From sequence record SRR20825010_1331: a stretch of DNA of 45,701 nucleotides; one strand, written 5' to 3'. Each line of letters opens with the position of its first letter. Position 1 is the first letter of the stretch. Shown in pieces: positions 20,450-30,072 of this stretch. A program made the translations under genes and the position numbers. Below the pieces are notes generated by a model. The model saw only the letters and a list, made by a program, of their open reading frames with translations. It was not told the DNA's origin and made no database searches.

Positions 20450-21406
20450 TCAGGCGCTAACGCCTGCCTGTGCTCCGCGCAACTTGCTTACGTCTGCGCG
20501 CGGCGGTGCACCGAACAAGCGGCTGTATTCCCGGCTGAAATGGGAGGGGCTTTCATAGCCCACCCGGTAGCTGGCCGTGGCTGCTTCCAGCCCTTCGGTG
20601 AGCATCAGCCGGCGTGCTTCATGCAGGCGCAACTTCTTCTGGAATTGTAGTGGTGACATGCGGGTGACCTGTTTGAAGCTATGAAACAGGGTGGACTCAC
20701 TCATGTTGGCCGAGTCTGCCAGATCCTTCACCCGCAATGGTTCGGAATAGCGGTCCTTGAGGGTGGAAATGACCCTGGATATCCGGTTGGCCTGGGAATC
20801 AATAGAGGCGAACTTGCGCATGCGTGGCCCCATCTCGCCAATCAATGAACGGTAGATAATCTCGCGGCGGGTCAGTGGGGCGAGCACGGCAATATCGTCC
20901 GGCGTGGTCATCAGGTTAAGCAGCCGATAGAGCGCGCCCTGCATGGATTCATCCATGTGTGACATGCACAGGCCGCAGCCCACTTCTGGGCATTCATTGC
21001 CCGGTTCATAACGGCCAACCTTGTCACCCAACTCCAGCACAAGGTCAGTGACCTCCTGCGGGTCCACATCGATTTTTACCGCCAGGTAAGGATGGTTTGG
21101 GGAGGCATCCACAATTTGCCCAAGCACCGGAAGGTGGACGGAGCTGGCCAGGTAGCTGGATGGGCCGTACACAATTTCACGGTCGCCAAGCTCAATGGTC
21201 TTGGTGCCTTGCAGAATAAAAATCAGTGAAGGTTCGTAGACCGTAGAGGCGCAACTGCTGGTGTCATCGGCACGATACAACGATACCCCCGGAATGCCGG
21301 AGTCGAGCATGCCCGGCTCTGCAATCTGTTCGCAGACAAGCTGCGCCAGCTGTTGCTCAAGTGCGCTGCCAGCAGGGGCGGCAACATTGGATAAAGTGGC
21401 GGTCAT
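20450..21406 (-). CDS. AraC family regulator with AraC_N domain (YqhC/CmrA-like)
   Basis: VYEPSLIFILQGTK, APLTRREIIYR, FKQVTRMSPLQFQKKLRLHEARRLM, VGYESPSHFSREYSRLFG. Confidence 0.92.
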   Translation of the reverse strand: MTATLSNVAAPAGSALEQQLAQLVCEQIAEPGMLDSGIPGVSLYRADDTSSCASTVYEPSLIFILQGTKTIELGDREIVYGPSSYLASSVHLPVLGQIVDASPNHPYLAVKIDVDPQEVTDLVLELGDKVGRYEPGNECPEVGCGLCMSHMDESMQGALYRLLNLMTTPDDIAVLAPLTRREIIYRSLIGEMGPRMRKFASIDSQANRISRVISTLKDRYSEPLRVKDLADSANMSESTLFHSFKQVTRMSPLQFQKKLRLHEARRLMLTEGLEAATASYRVGYESPSHFSREYSRLFGAPPRADVSKLRGAQAGVSA

Positions 21407-21475
21407 GACCTTTCTCCCTTTTGCCGCAGTATACGCATGCGCCGGGTAGGGCGGTGGGGTATCGGGCCATTTTCT

Positions 21476-21803
21476 GCAGAATCGGGCAATGACTGCGCAG
21501 AAACCGGCAATCTGCACCCGCCTCCCTGTGGGATCAGGCAACATTCCCTACTGTTGCGAACCTGTAGGGGTACAACCATGCGGGCAGTCAGTGGTTCCCT
21601 CCTTCAAATTTTTATTCCTTTTAAATTAAAGGTTTAGTGGATTTCTTCTTTTTATTGCTCTCCTTTTTGTCTGTTCTTGTCGTGATTTGATTGCCTGAAA
21701 CAGTAATGACATCCGAGTGAAACTTGGCCGCGGGAAAACCTGCTTTCCACCGGTGCAGATGAATTTAAACAGGATCGGGCAATGTTGAGGCAGTAACCCG
21801 ATA
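21476..21803 (+). promoter_or_regulatory. Direct repeats, candidate AraC-family binding sites
   Basis: GCAGAATCGGGCAA (21476), GCAGAAACCGGCAA (21497), GTGGGATCAGGCAA (21528), ACAGGATCGGGCAA (21769), degenerate GCAGTAACCCGATA (21790). Two pairs show a 21-bp period. Confidence 0.6.
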
Positions 21804-21917
21804 TCGTGGTTTGGCCCCTTTTCATTACAGTTTCTCTCCATTCAGGAAAGCCCTGTGTTTTCTTGCCAGGCAATTGTGCTGGCAGTTGGAGGTTCGTCAG
21901 GAGCGCGGATTTTTTTG

Positions 21918-21948
21918 TTGACCTCAACTCAACTTGAGGAATTAGAGT
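21918..21948 (+). promoter_or_regulatory. SoxR-dependent promoter (Sox box 2) upstream of the RND operon
   Basis: -35 TTGACC, dyad CCTCAActcaacTTGAGG (21922-21939), -10 TAGAGT, 19-bp spacer. Confidence 0.9.
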
Positions 21949-22105
21949 CCTCTGCCATGACGGTTCGGTGGTGGCTATTCAGGGCGAATGTCTGATCGGG
22001 TGGTGAATTGATTTTGCCATTCTGTCGAATCGTTTCAGGGTTATTCGATTATCGGGTACGCATTACTGCGGTAATGCATCAAGGGTGATAGCGGGAGTCA
22101 GATTC

Positions 22106-23287
22106 ATGGAAAGTGTGAGTAGTGAAACGGCCGGTGGTGTGGGTGTGTACCTGGGCCTGGCGTTTATTTTGATGGCGATTGTTTTTTTGTCCGGTTGCGA
22201 TGCGCGTAGTGAAGCCTCGCAGCAGATGCCCGCGCCGGATGTGGATGTGGCCCTGGTTCAACCGGAGCCGGTGACCTTGTGGGAGTCTTTTACTGGTCGT
22301 GTGGTGGCACCGGAAACGGTGGAGCTACGGCCCCGGGTCAGCGGTTACATCGATAAGGTGACCTTTCAAGAAGGGGCCCTGGTGAACGCTGGCGATCTCC
22401 TTTTCCAGATTGATCCACGCCCGTATCAGGCCAGAAAGCAGGCTGCGCAAGCGCAGTTGGCCCAGGCAAGGAGCGAGTTGGCACTGGCGAACAGCCAGGC
22501 GGAGCGAGCCCGTTCGTTAATGGAAAGCCGTGCGATTTCCCGTGAAGAGTATGACCAGCGCAACGCGGCAAAGATGAGTGCGCGAGCGCTGGTCAACGCG
22601 GCAAAGGCCGCGCTGGAAACCGCCGAGCTGGATTTACAGTACACCCGGGTAACGGCGCCGGTAAGTGGACGGGCGGGCCGCGCCCTGGTGACGCGGGGAA
22701 ACCTTGCCAGTGCCGATCAGACATTGCTGACCACGTTGGTGTCGGTGGATCCGATGTACGTGTATTTCGATGCGGACGAGCAAGCCGCGCTGGAAAGCGA
22801 ACAGGCTCGTGTGGCGGGAAAGCCGACCACGGTGCGCATTGGCTTGGCCGGGGAGTCGGGGTTTCCGCATCAGGGCACGCTGAACTTTATCGACAACCGC
22901 TTGAACGCCAACACCGGTACCTTGCAGTACCGGGCGGAACTGGCCAACCCGAATGGCACTTTTAAACCGGGACAATTCGCCCGCGTGCAATTGCCGATGG
23001 CGCGTATGGATAACGCCATGCTGGTGAACCGTAAAGCGGTGCTTACCGATCAGGATCGTCGCTTCGTGTATGTGGTTGGTGACGACAACATGGCCGCTCG
23101 CCGCCAGGTAACACCGGGGCGGGCAGTGGATGACCAGCTGGTTATTCTCGACGGCCTCCAGAGCGGTGACAGGGTCATCATCAATGGTGTCCAGAAAGTG
23201 TTCTTTGACGGTATGCCGGTGGCGCCTAATCAGGTTGCCATGGGGGATCGACCGGACAGCGCGACGGTAGTTGTCGCCCAACCATGA
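22106..23287 (+). CDS. RND efflux periplasmic adaptor (MexE-like lipoprotein)
   Basis: Lipobox LSGC, VELRPRVSGYI, LFQIDPRPYQA, FIDN, LTDQDRRFVYVV. Confidence 0.92.
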   Translation: MESVSSETAGGVGVYLGLAFILMAIVFLSGCDARSEASQQMPAPDVDVALVQPEPVTLWESFTGRVVAPETVELRPRVSGYIDKVTFQEGALVNAGDLLFQIDPRPYQARKQAAQAQLAQARSELALANSQAERARSLMESRAISREEYDQRNAAKMSARALVNAAKAALETAELDLQYTRVTAPVSGRAGRALVTRGNLASADQTLLTTLVSVDPMYVYFDADEQAALESEQARVAGKPTTVRIGLAGESGFPHQGTLNFIDNRLNANTGTLQYRAELANPNGTFKPGQFARVQLPMARMDNAMLVNRKAVLTDQDRRFVYVVGDDNMAARRQVTPGRAVDDQLVILDGLQSGDRVIINGVQKVFFDGMPVAPNQVAMGDRPDSATVVVAQP

Positions 23288-23431
23288 TCCAGGGAGTTTC
23301 TCAGCGGCTCCCCAGGCCGGGTGATTTTTTCCGCATCGCGATAATACGGCGCTAGCGAAAGAAGCTCCGGCAACTTCAAAGGGAACGACATGTCACGGTG
23401 GGTCGCTGATCCGCCGCGCAGGAGTATTGCC

Positions 23432-26400
23432 ATGAATTTTTCACGTTTCTTTGTCGACAGGCCGATTTTTGCGGCGGTGTTGTCGATCATTATTTTTGCG
23501 GTGGGGCTGATTTCCATCCCCAACCTGCCGGTGAGTGAATACCCGGAAGTGGTGCCGCCGTCAGTGGTGGTGCGCACCGTGTACCCGGGGGCTAATCCGA
23601 AGGTGATTGCGGAAACCGTGGCGACGCCACTGGAGGAGGCGATTAACGGCGTTGAAGGGATGATGTACCTGAAATCCGTGGCGGGCTCCGATGGGGTGCT
23701 GCAGATGACGGTGACGTTCCGGCCGGACATCGACGCCGATGATGCCACCGTACGGGTGCAGAACCGGGTCAGTCAGGCCCTGGCCCGATTGCCGGAAGAT
23801 GTGCGTCGCCAGGGGGTGACCACGCAGAAACAATCACCGACATTCTTGATGGTGGTTCACCTGACATCCCCGGGTGGCCGTTACGACACCCTGTACCTGC
23901 GCAACTATGCCCGCCTGCATGTGCGCGATGTGCTGGCGCGGATCCGGGGCGTAGGCGATGCGCAAATCTTTGGCGGCGGTGACTACGCCATGCGTGCCTG
24001 GCTGGACCCGGAAAAAATTGCCGCGCGGGGGCTCACCGCCAGCGATGTGGTGGGTGCCATGCGCGAGCAGAATGTGCAGGTATCCGCCGGCCAACTGGGC
24101 GCCGAGCCCATGCCGGGCAGTGACTTTCTGACACTGATTAACGCCCAGGGGCGCCTGCGCACGGTGGAAGAATTCGGTGATGTGGTCCTCAAGAGCGGTG
24201 CGCAGGGCGAGATTGTTCGTCTGTCCGATGTGGCGCGGCTGGAGCTCGGCGCGGGGGATTACACCTTGCGTTCCCAGCTGGACAGCAAGGATGCGGTAGC
24301 GATTGGTATTTTCCAGGCGCCGGGCGCCAATGCGCTGGACATTCGCGACCAGGTGATCACAGCCATGGATGAGATGACCACCCGTTTTCCGCAAGGCGTG
24401 AAGTATGAAGCGGTGTACGACACCACGGTATTCGTCAGTGATTCCATCAAGTCGGTGATCAAGACCTTGATCGAAGCCGTGCTGCTGGTGGTGCTGGTGG
24501 TGACTCTGTTCCTGCAAACCTGGCGCGCCTCGATTATTCCGTTGCTGGCCGTGCCGATTTCCGTAGTCGGGACCTTTGCGGCGCTCTATCTGCTTGGCTA
24601 TTCCATCAACACGCTGACTCTCTTCGGGCTGGTTCTGGCCATCGGCATTGTCGTCGACGACGCCATTGTGGTGGTGGAGAACGTGGAACGAAATATTGAA
24701 GAAGGGCTGACGCCATTGGCGGCAGCGCATCAGGCCATGCGGGAAGTGTCTGGCCCGATTGTGGCAATTGGTCTGGTGCTGTGTGCGGTGTTTATCCCCA
24801 TGGCGTTTCTGTCCGGTGTTACCGGCCAGTTCTATCGACAGTTCGCGGTCACCATTGCCATCTCCACGGTGATCTCCACCATCAACTCGTTGACGCTGTC
24901 GCCGGCGCTGGCGGCCATGTTGCTCAAGCCTCACGACGCACCGAAGGATCGGCTGACACGCCTGATCGATACTCTTTTCGGCTGGCTCTTCCGTCCGTTC
25001 AACCGTTTCTTCAATGCCAGTTCGGACAAGTACCATGGCAGCGTGTCCCGCTCGCTGCATCACCGTGGTGTGGTGTTCGTGATCTATGCGTTGTTACTGG
25101 CCGGCACCGGCTTGATGTTCAAGGTGGTGCCGCCGGGATTCATTCCGGTACAGGATAAGATGTACCTGATCGCCGGGGTGAAACTGCCGGAAGGGGCGTC
25201 GTTGGAGCGCACCGATGCCTTGCTGCAGAAAGTGACAGACATTGCCATGAGCACCGAAGGCGTGGCGCACTCGGTAGCGTTCCCGGGTTTGAATGCCTTG
25301 CAGTTCACCAACACCTCCAATACCGGTGTGGCTTTTTTTCCGCTGGAGCCGTTTGATCAGCGCAGCCGTTCGGCGGCGCAGATCAATGCCGAGATTAACC
25401 AGAAAATCGCCGGCCTGAAGGAAGGGATTACGTTTTCCTTTATGCCGCCGCCGATTCTCGGTCTGGGTAACGGTTCGGGGTACCAGTTGTTTATCGAGGA
25501 CAGGGGCAACCTGGGCTATGGCGAATTGCAGAACGCTGTGAATGCATTCCAGGGCGCTATTGCACAGACACCAGGGATGGGTTTTCCCATCAGCAGTTAT
25601 CAGGCCAATGTGCCACAGTTGAATGCGGAGGTGGACCGTCTCAAGGCGAAAGCCCAGGGTGTGCCGCTGACCGAGCTGTTCGATACCTTGCAGACTTATC
25701 TGGGCTCGGCCTATGTGAATGACTTCAACCGTTTCGGTCGCACCTGGCAGGTGATTGCCCAGGCGGATGCGCCTTTCCGGGAAGACATTGATGACATTGG
25801 CCGGTTGCGCACCCGCAATATCCACGGCGATATGGTGCCCATCAGTTCCATGGTCACTATTACCGAAGATTTCGGTCCGGATCCGGTATTGCGTTACAAC
25901 GGCTACCCGGCGGCAGACCTGGCAGGGGAGGCGGACCCACAGGTACTGTCTTCAGCACAGGCCATGGCCGTGCTCAACCAGATTGCCGATGAGGTATTGC
26001 CCAACGGCATGACGTTCGAGTGGACCGACCTGAGTTACCAGCAGGCGACCCAGGGCAACGCGGCCTTGTTGGTCTTCCCGCTGTCGATACTGCTGGTGTT
26101 CCTGGTGCTGGCCGCTCTGTACGAAAGCTGGACGTTGCCATTGGCGGTGATTCTCATCGTGCCCATGTGCATGCTGTCGGCGTTGATGGGCGTGTGGTTC
26201 TTCGGTGGCGATAACAACATCTTTGTTCAGGTGGGGCTGGTGGTGTTGATCGCGCTGGCCTGCAAGAACGCCATCCTGATTGTGGAGTTCGCCCGCGAAC
26301 TGGAAATGCAGGGCAAGGGTGTGGTTGAGGCAGCACTGGAAGCCTGCCGGTTGCGCTTGCGCCCGATCATCATGACGTCCATTACCTTCACCGCCGCGGT

Positions 26401-26626
26401 GCTGCCGCTGGTGCTGGGCAGTGGTGCCGGTGCGGAAGTGCGCCAGGCGCTGGGTGTGGCGCTGTTCTTCGGCATGCTTGGTGTCACGCTGTTCGGGCTG
26501 TTCCTGACGCCGGTGTTCTATGTGGCGTTGCGAAAACTGGCGGGTAGCAAACCGCCGGTCAGTCACCATGAAAGCACCCTGGACGGGGGCGCCCATGGGC
26601 AGATTCAAGGAGATAACCATGCGTAA
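23432..26626 (+). CDS. HAE1 RND efflux permease (MexF/OqxB/BpeF-like)
   Basis: MNFSRFFVDRPIFAAVLS, EYPEVVPP, GIVVDDAIVVVENVER, CKNAILIVEFA, RLRLRPIIMTS. Confidence 0.95.
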   Translation: MNFSRFFVDRPIFAAVLSIIIFAVGLISIPNLPVSEYPEVVPPSVVVRTVYPGANPKVIAETVATPLEEAINGVEGMMYLKSVAGSDGVLQMTVTFRPDIDADDATVRVQNRVSQALARLPEDVRRQGVTTQKQSPTFLMVVHLTSPGGRYDTLYLRNYARLHVRDVLARIRGVGDAQIFGGGDYAMRAWLDPEKIAARGLTASDVVGAMREQNVQVSAGQLGAEPMPGSDFLTLINAQGRLRTVEEFGDVVLKSGAQGEIVRLSDVARLELGAGDYTLRSQLDSKDAVAIGIFQAPGANALDIRDQVITAMDEMTTRFPQGVKYEAVYDTTVFVSDSIKSVIKTLIEAVLLVVLVVTLFLQTWRASIIPLLAVPISVVGTFAALYLLGYSINTLTLFGLVLAIGIVVDDAIVVVENVERNIEEGLTPLAAAHQAMREVSGPIVAIGLVLCAVFIPMAFLSGVTGQFYRQFAVTIAISTVISTINSLTLSPALAAMLLKPHDAPKDRLTRLIDTLFGWLFRPFNRFFNASSDKYHGSVSRSLHHRGVVFVIYALLLAGTGLMFKVVPPGFIPVQDKMYLIAGVKLPEGASLERTDALLQKVTDIAMSTEGVAHSVAFPGLNALQFTNTSNTGVAFFPLEPFDQRSRSAAQINAEINQKIAGLKEGITFSFMPPPILGLGNGSGYQLFIEDRGNLGYGELQNAVNAFQGAIAQTPGMGFPISSYQANVPQLNAEVDRLKAKAQGVPLTELFDTLQTYLGSAYVNDFNRFGRTWQVIAQADAPFREDIDDIGRLRTRNIHGDMVPISSMVTITEDFGPDPVLRYNGYPAADLAGEADPQVLSSAQAMAVLNQIADEVLPNGMTFEWTDLSYQQATQGNAALLVFPLSILLVFLVLAALYESWTLPLAVILIVPMCMLSALMGVWFFGGDNNIFVQVGLVVLIALACKNAILIVEFARELEMQGKGVVEAALEACRLRLRPIIMTSITFTAAVLPLVLGSGAGAEVRQALGVALFFGMLGVTLFGLFLTPVFYVALRKLAGSKPPVSHHESTLDGGAHGQIQGDNHA

Positions 26627-28046
26627 TGCACTGGGCCTTATCGGTGGGGTGGCACTGTTGGCGGGCTGCGCCGTCGGGCCGGATTACCAGAGGCCGGACA
26701 CGCCGGAGCCGGAGACTTTCGCGGCACAATATTCCTCCTCGACCTCCCCGGGTGATTTTGCCCAGGCTGAGCAGGACTTCTGGCAGGGCTTTGATGATCC
26801 CTTGTTGGCGCAATTGATCGAACAAACCCTGACAGCGAACCAGACGTTGCAAGCGGCGTTGGCCCGTTACGATCGGGCGGCGGTCTTGCTGTACGGGGCC
26901 AAGCGTGAACAGTGGCCCAGCGTCACGGCCAGTGCCAGCGGTGCCGAGCAGCATCTGGCTGACGTGGAGCGCACGCCGGTTGGGGGCGGCCAGGAGCGGG
27001 TCGAGCTCTATCAGGCGGGTATTGCCGCCCAGTGGGAGCTGGATATGTTTGGGCGCTTGCGTCGGGCCACCGAGTCCCAGGCGGCGCAGCTGCAGGCAGT
27101 GGGCGCCGATCTTGGTGCCTTGCAGGTGGCATTGGCCGGGCAGGTGGCCAGCAGCTATTTCGAGCTGCGTGGCTTGCAGCAACGGCTGCAGGTGGCCGAG
27201 CAGAATGTGGCGATTCAGACCGAGACCCTGGATATTGTCTCCGCCCGGGTCAATGCCGGTCGCGGCACGGAGTTCGACTCGGTGCGCGCCCGGGCGCAGC
27301 TGGAACGGACCCGCGCTGCCTTGCCTTCACTGGAGGCAGACATTCGTGCAGCCATGCACCGTATTGCCGTGCTCACTGGCCAGCCGCCGGTCGCCCTGGT
27401 TGACACACTTGCGGTGAATACCGGGTTGCCGGGCAGTTTGCCGGTGATCCCGGTAGACAGCCCCGGTGACGTATTGCGACGCCGGCCGGATGTGGCCGCC
27501 GCGGAACGCCGGTTGGCCGCCGCCACCGCCCGCATTGGTGTAGCAACGGCGGACTTGTTCCCCCGTTTTACCCTCAGCGGGTTGCTGGGATCGGTGGCCA
27601 CGGACAGCGGTGACCTGTTCAGTGGCCCGGCGGAAAGCCGGCGCGTGGCGTTGGGCGTGGACTGGACCTTTCTCGACTATGGCAAGGTAAAGGCCCGTAT
27701 CGAAGCGGAAGATGCCAGCAGTCGTGAGGCCCTGGCCAACTACCAGCAGGCGGTGCTGGTGGCACTGGAAGAAACGGAAACCCGGCTGGTGCGCTATCAG
27801 CGCGCCCGACAAAGAGCCGAACGGCTGGTGAGGGCCTCAAACGATGCCCAGCGGGCGGCGGCGCTGGCCAGAACCCGCTATGAGCAGGGTTTTATCGGTT
27901 ACTTTGAAGTGCTGGCAGCGGAACAGGAGTTGACCACCACCCGGGATGCCCAGGTGCGCAGTCAGGCGGCCGTCACTCAGGCGATGGTTGATGTGTACCG
28001 GGCCCTGGCCGGTGCCCCGGCGCCGGCAGTGGAGTCGAAGCCGTAG
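26619..28046 (+). CDS. Outer-membrane efflux lipoprotein (OprN/NodT-like)
   Basis: LAGCAVGPDY, WELDMFGR, RRPDVAAAERRLAAATARIGVA, VYRALAG; overlaps the permease stop codon. Confidence 0.93.
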   Translation: MRNALGLIGGVALLAGCAVGPDYQRPDTPEPETFAAQYSSSTSPGDFAQAEQDFWQGFDDPLLAQLIEQTLTANQTLQAALARYDRAAVLLYGAKREQWPSVTASASGAEQHLADVERTPVGGGQERVELYQAGIAAQWELDMFGRLRRATESQAAQLQAVGADLGALQVALAGQVASSYFELRGLQQRLQVAEQNVAIQTETLDIVSARVNAGRGTEFDSVRARAQLERTRAALPSLEADIRAAMHRIAVLTGQPPVALVDTLAVNTGLPGSLPVIPVDSPGDVLRRRPDVAAAERRLAAATARIGVATADLFPRFTLSGLLGSVATDSGDLFSGPAESRRVALGVDWTFLDYGKVKARIEAEDASSREALANYQQAVLVALEETETRLVRYQRARQRAERLVRASNDAQRAAALARTRYEQGFIGYFEVLAAEQELTTTRDAQVRSQAAVTQAMVDVYRALAGAPAPAVESKP

Positions 28047-28066
28047 GCGGCGTCAGTCAATGCGAA

Positions 28067-28097
28067 AACAAAAAGGTCCTGAGGGGCCTTTTTTGTT
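28067..28097 (+). terminator. Intrinsic terminator
   Basis: AACAAAAAGGTCC-TGAG-GGGCCTTTTTTGTT. Confidence 0.8.
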
Positions 28098-28115
28098 CCA
28101 GCCCCTTCTGCCAAT

Positions 28116-28131
28116 TGGCACCACGATTGCT
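28116..28131 (+). promoter_or_regulatory. Sigma-54 (-24/-12) promoter
   Basis: TGGCAC-CACGA-TTGCT matches TGGCAC-N5-TTGCW and ends about 35 bp before ATG 28166. Confidence 0.7.
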
Positions 28132-28165
28132 TACCATCAGGGCTGATTGTTTGCGGATAAAGACC

Positions 28166-29077
28166 ATGATCGTTCGAGAGCGCCCCAATGCCATTGCCCT
28201 GTTATTTGCCCTGCGGGGTTCGGTGGTGCCGGAAATTCTGCTGCATATCTTCTTTGTCGCGTTATTTTCTGTGGCGGTGACCGCACTCAATCACTATCAA
28301 CTGATTGACCTGACCAGCCTGACAATTATGCCGGTGACCCTGCTCGGCATCGTGTTGTCGATCCTGCTCGGTTTTCGCAATAACGCGGCCTATGACCGCT
28401 GGTGGGAAGCGCGCAAACAATGGGGGCAGATGGTCAATGAAATCCGCAGCCTGGCCCGAGCCAGCGGTGCCTTGCTGGGCGAGGATGCTGCTGCCCGGCG
28501 CACATTATTGATGCAGGTGCTGGCCCATGCGGTCGCGTTGAAGGGCCAGCTGCGTGGAGAAACCGTCAACGAGGAACTGTTGGCCTGGGTCTCCCCGGAG
28601 CAGCGGGATGCGGCGCTGGCGAAAGCCAACCCGGCGGATGCGTTTCTGGCACAGGCTGGTGGCTTGCTGGGGGCGCAGTATCGGCAGGGGGCGCTGGACA
28701 GCATGGGGCTGAAGATTCTCGATGAACGTCTGGCGGCGCTGAGTGGTATCCAGGCGGCCAGTGAACGTATTGCTTCCACGCCCTTGCCGTTCGCCTATAC
28801 CTTGCTCGTGCATCGCACTGCCTATGTTTATTGCTATCTGCTGCCCTTTGCGCTGATTGGTGGCATGGGCTGGGCAACCCCGATACTGGCGGCGGCGGTG
28901 GCCTATACCTTCTTCGGTATCGATCGCCTGTCCGAACACCTGGAAACACCGTTCGGTCGCGCCCCCAATGACCTGCCCCTGGATGCGCTGTGTCGTATTC
29001 ATGAAATTTCCGTGGCGGATGCCCTGGGTGAGGTTGCGCCTGCACCCTTGCCGGTAAAGAACTTCCAGCTTCAGTAA
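28166..29077 (+). CDS. Bestrophin family ion channel (YneE-like)
   Basis: MIVRERP, LGFRNNAAYDRWWEARKQWG, ERIASTPLPFAY, LETPFG..PNDLPL. Confidence 0.92.
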   Translation: MIVRERPNAIALLFALRGSVVPEILLHIFFVALFSVAVTALNHYQLIDLTSLTIMPVTLLGIVLSILLGFRNNAAYDRWWEARKQWGQMVNEIRSLARASGALLGEDAAARRTLLMQVLAHAVALKGQLRGETVNEELLAWVSPEQRDAALAKANPADAFLAQAGGLLGAQYRQGALDSMGLKILDERLAALSGIQAASERIASTPLPFAYTLLVHRTAYVYCYLLPFALIGGMGWATPILAAAVAYTFFGIDRLSEHLETPFGRAPNDLPLDALCRIHEISVADALGEVAPAPLPVKNFQLQ

Positions 29078-29100
29078 GCCCGGTGGGCTTGCCGTGCCGG

Positions 29101-29120
29101 CATCCCCTATCTGGGGGATG
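29101..29120. promoter_or_regulatory. 20-bp palindromic box, copy 4
   Basis: CATCCCCTATCTGGGGGATG; TATGTT at 29141-29146 after a 20-bp gap. Confidence 0.7.
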
Positions 29121-29189
29121 CCAGCCTTCCCGTGCCTCGCTATGTTGTTTCCCTAAGCCGGGTGTGCCGGTCAACAAAGGGGAAATGGC

Positions 29190-29525
29190 ATGAAAAGATT
29201 GATGGGCTTTTCAATATTGTTTGTGGCGTTGCAAACCGCGCCGATGGTGGCGCTGGCCAATGAGGTTTGTGCAGGCCCGTTTACCCGCCCGGCCTACAGT
29301 GAGGTGCTGGGAGTGTTTGAATCTGATAATGCGCCCAAGCTGCGTTGTCCGCAGGGAACCACTCCCATTCAGGCGGGCACCGCAGCATACCCGAACTATC
29401 TGATGGGCTATATGAAGAGCGAGCCGCTGGGGAACGGCAAGGTCCGCAAAACGCTGGCATCCCTGGACTATGAATGCCTGTGTTCGTCCGGTCGTAAAAC
29501 CGGGTCTGGCTCCTATTCTCAGTAG
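29190..29525 (+). CDS. Hypothetical small secreted protein
   Basis: Signal peptide ending ALA-N; 4 Cys; AAGGGG RBS. Confidence 0.65.
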   Translation: MKRLMGFSILFVALQTAPMVALANEVCAGPFTRPAYSEVLGVFESDNAPKLRCPQGTTPIQAGTAAYPNYLMGYMKSEPLGNGKVRKTLASLDYECLCSSGRKTGSGSYSQ

Positions 29526-29710
29526 TGCCTTTATCCGTCAGCATGATGTTCTGGTTGCGTTCGATCAGGACATCGGCTGGTATCAAAGCGCAACAAAAAG
29601 CCTCCACACTGTTGCGGTTTCTGCATGGCGGCTAACCGAGAAAAGCAGTGCAATGCATAAGGGCGAGGATTGTTGATCCCGTAACAAAGACAATAGGGAA
29701 GGGAATCGTG

Positions 29711-30067
29711 ATGGGTAAATTAGTCGGCATTTTTATCGCCATGTTGTTCGCCAGCGTGGCCAGTGCCAACGGCGCATTGGCCATCGATAGCAATCAGGGT
29801 GACCAGTATGGCTTCAGCTATAACCATGGAAGCATGCAGCAGGCCCAGTCCCGGGCGCTGAGCGAATGTGGTTACGGGTGCCGGGTGGTGCAGACGTTTT
29901 CCCGAGGCTGTGCTGCCTATGCGGCGGATCAGGCATCGGGTAGCTCTGCGTATGGCTGGGGCACGGCCTCCAGCGGTGGCCAGGCCCAGAACACAGCGCT
30001 GCAATATTGCGTGCGTCAGGGTGGCCAGCGCTGCATGGTTCGGGCCTGGGGCTGTAACGGAAACTAG
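29711..30067 (+). CDS. DUF4189-like secreted Cys-rich protein
   Basis: Signal peptide, GALAID..YGFSYN..A.SRALSEC..C.VV..F..GCAAYA..A.QYC...C; six Cys. Confidence 0.75.
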   Translation: MGKLVGIFIAMLFASVASANGALAIDSNQGDQYGFSYNHGSMQQAQSRALSECGYGCRVVQTFSRGCAAYAADQASGSSAYGWGTASSGGQAQNTALQYCVRQGGQRCMVRAWGCNGN

Positions 30068-30072
30068 TGCTT

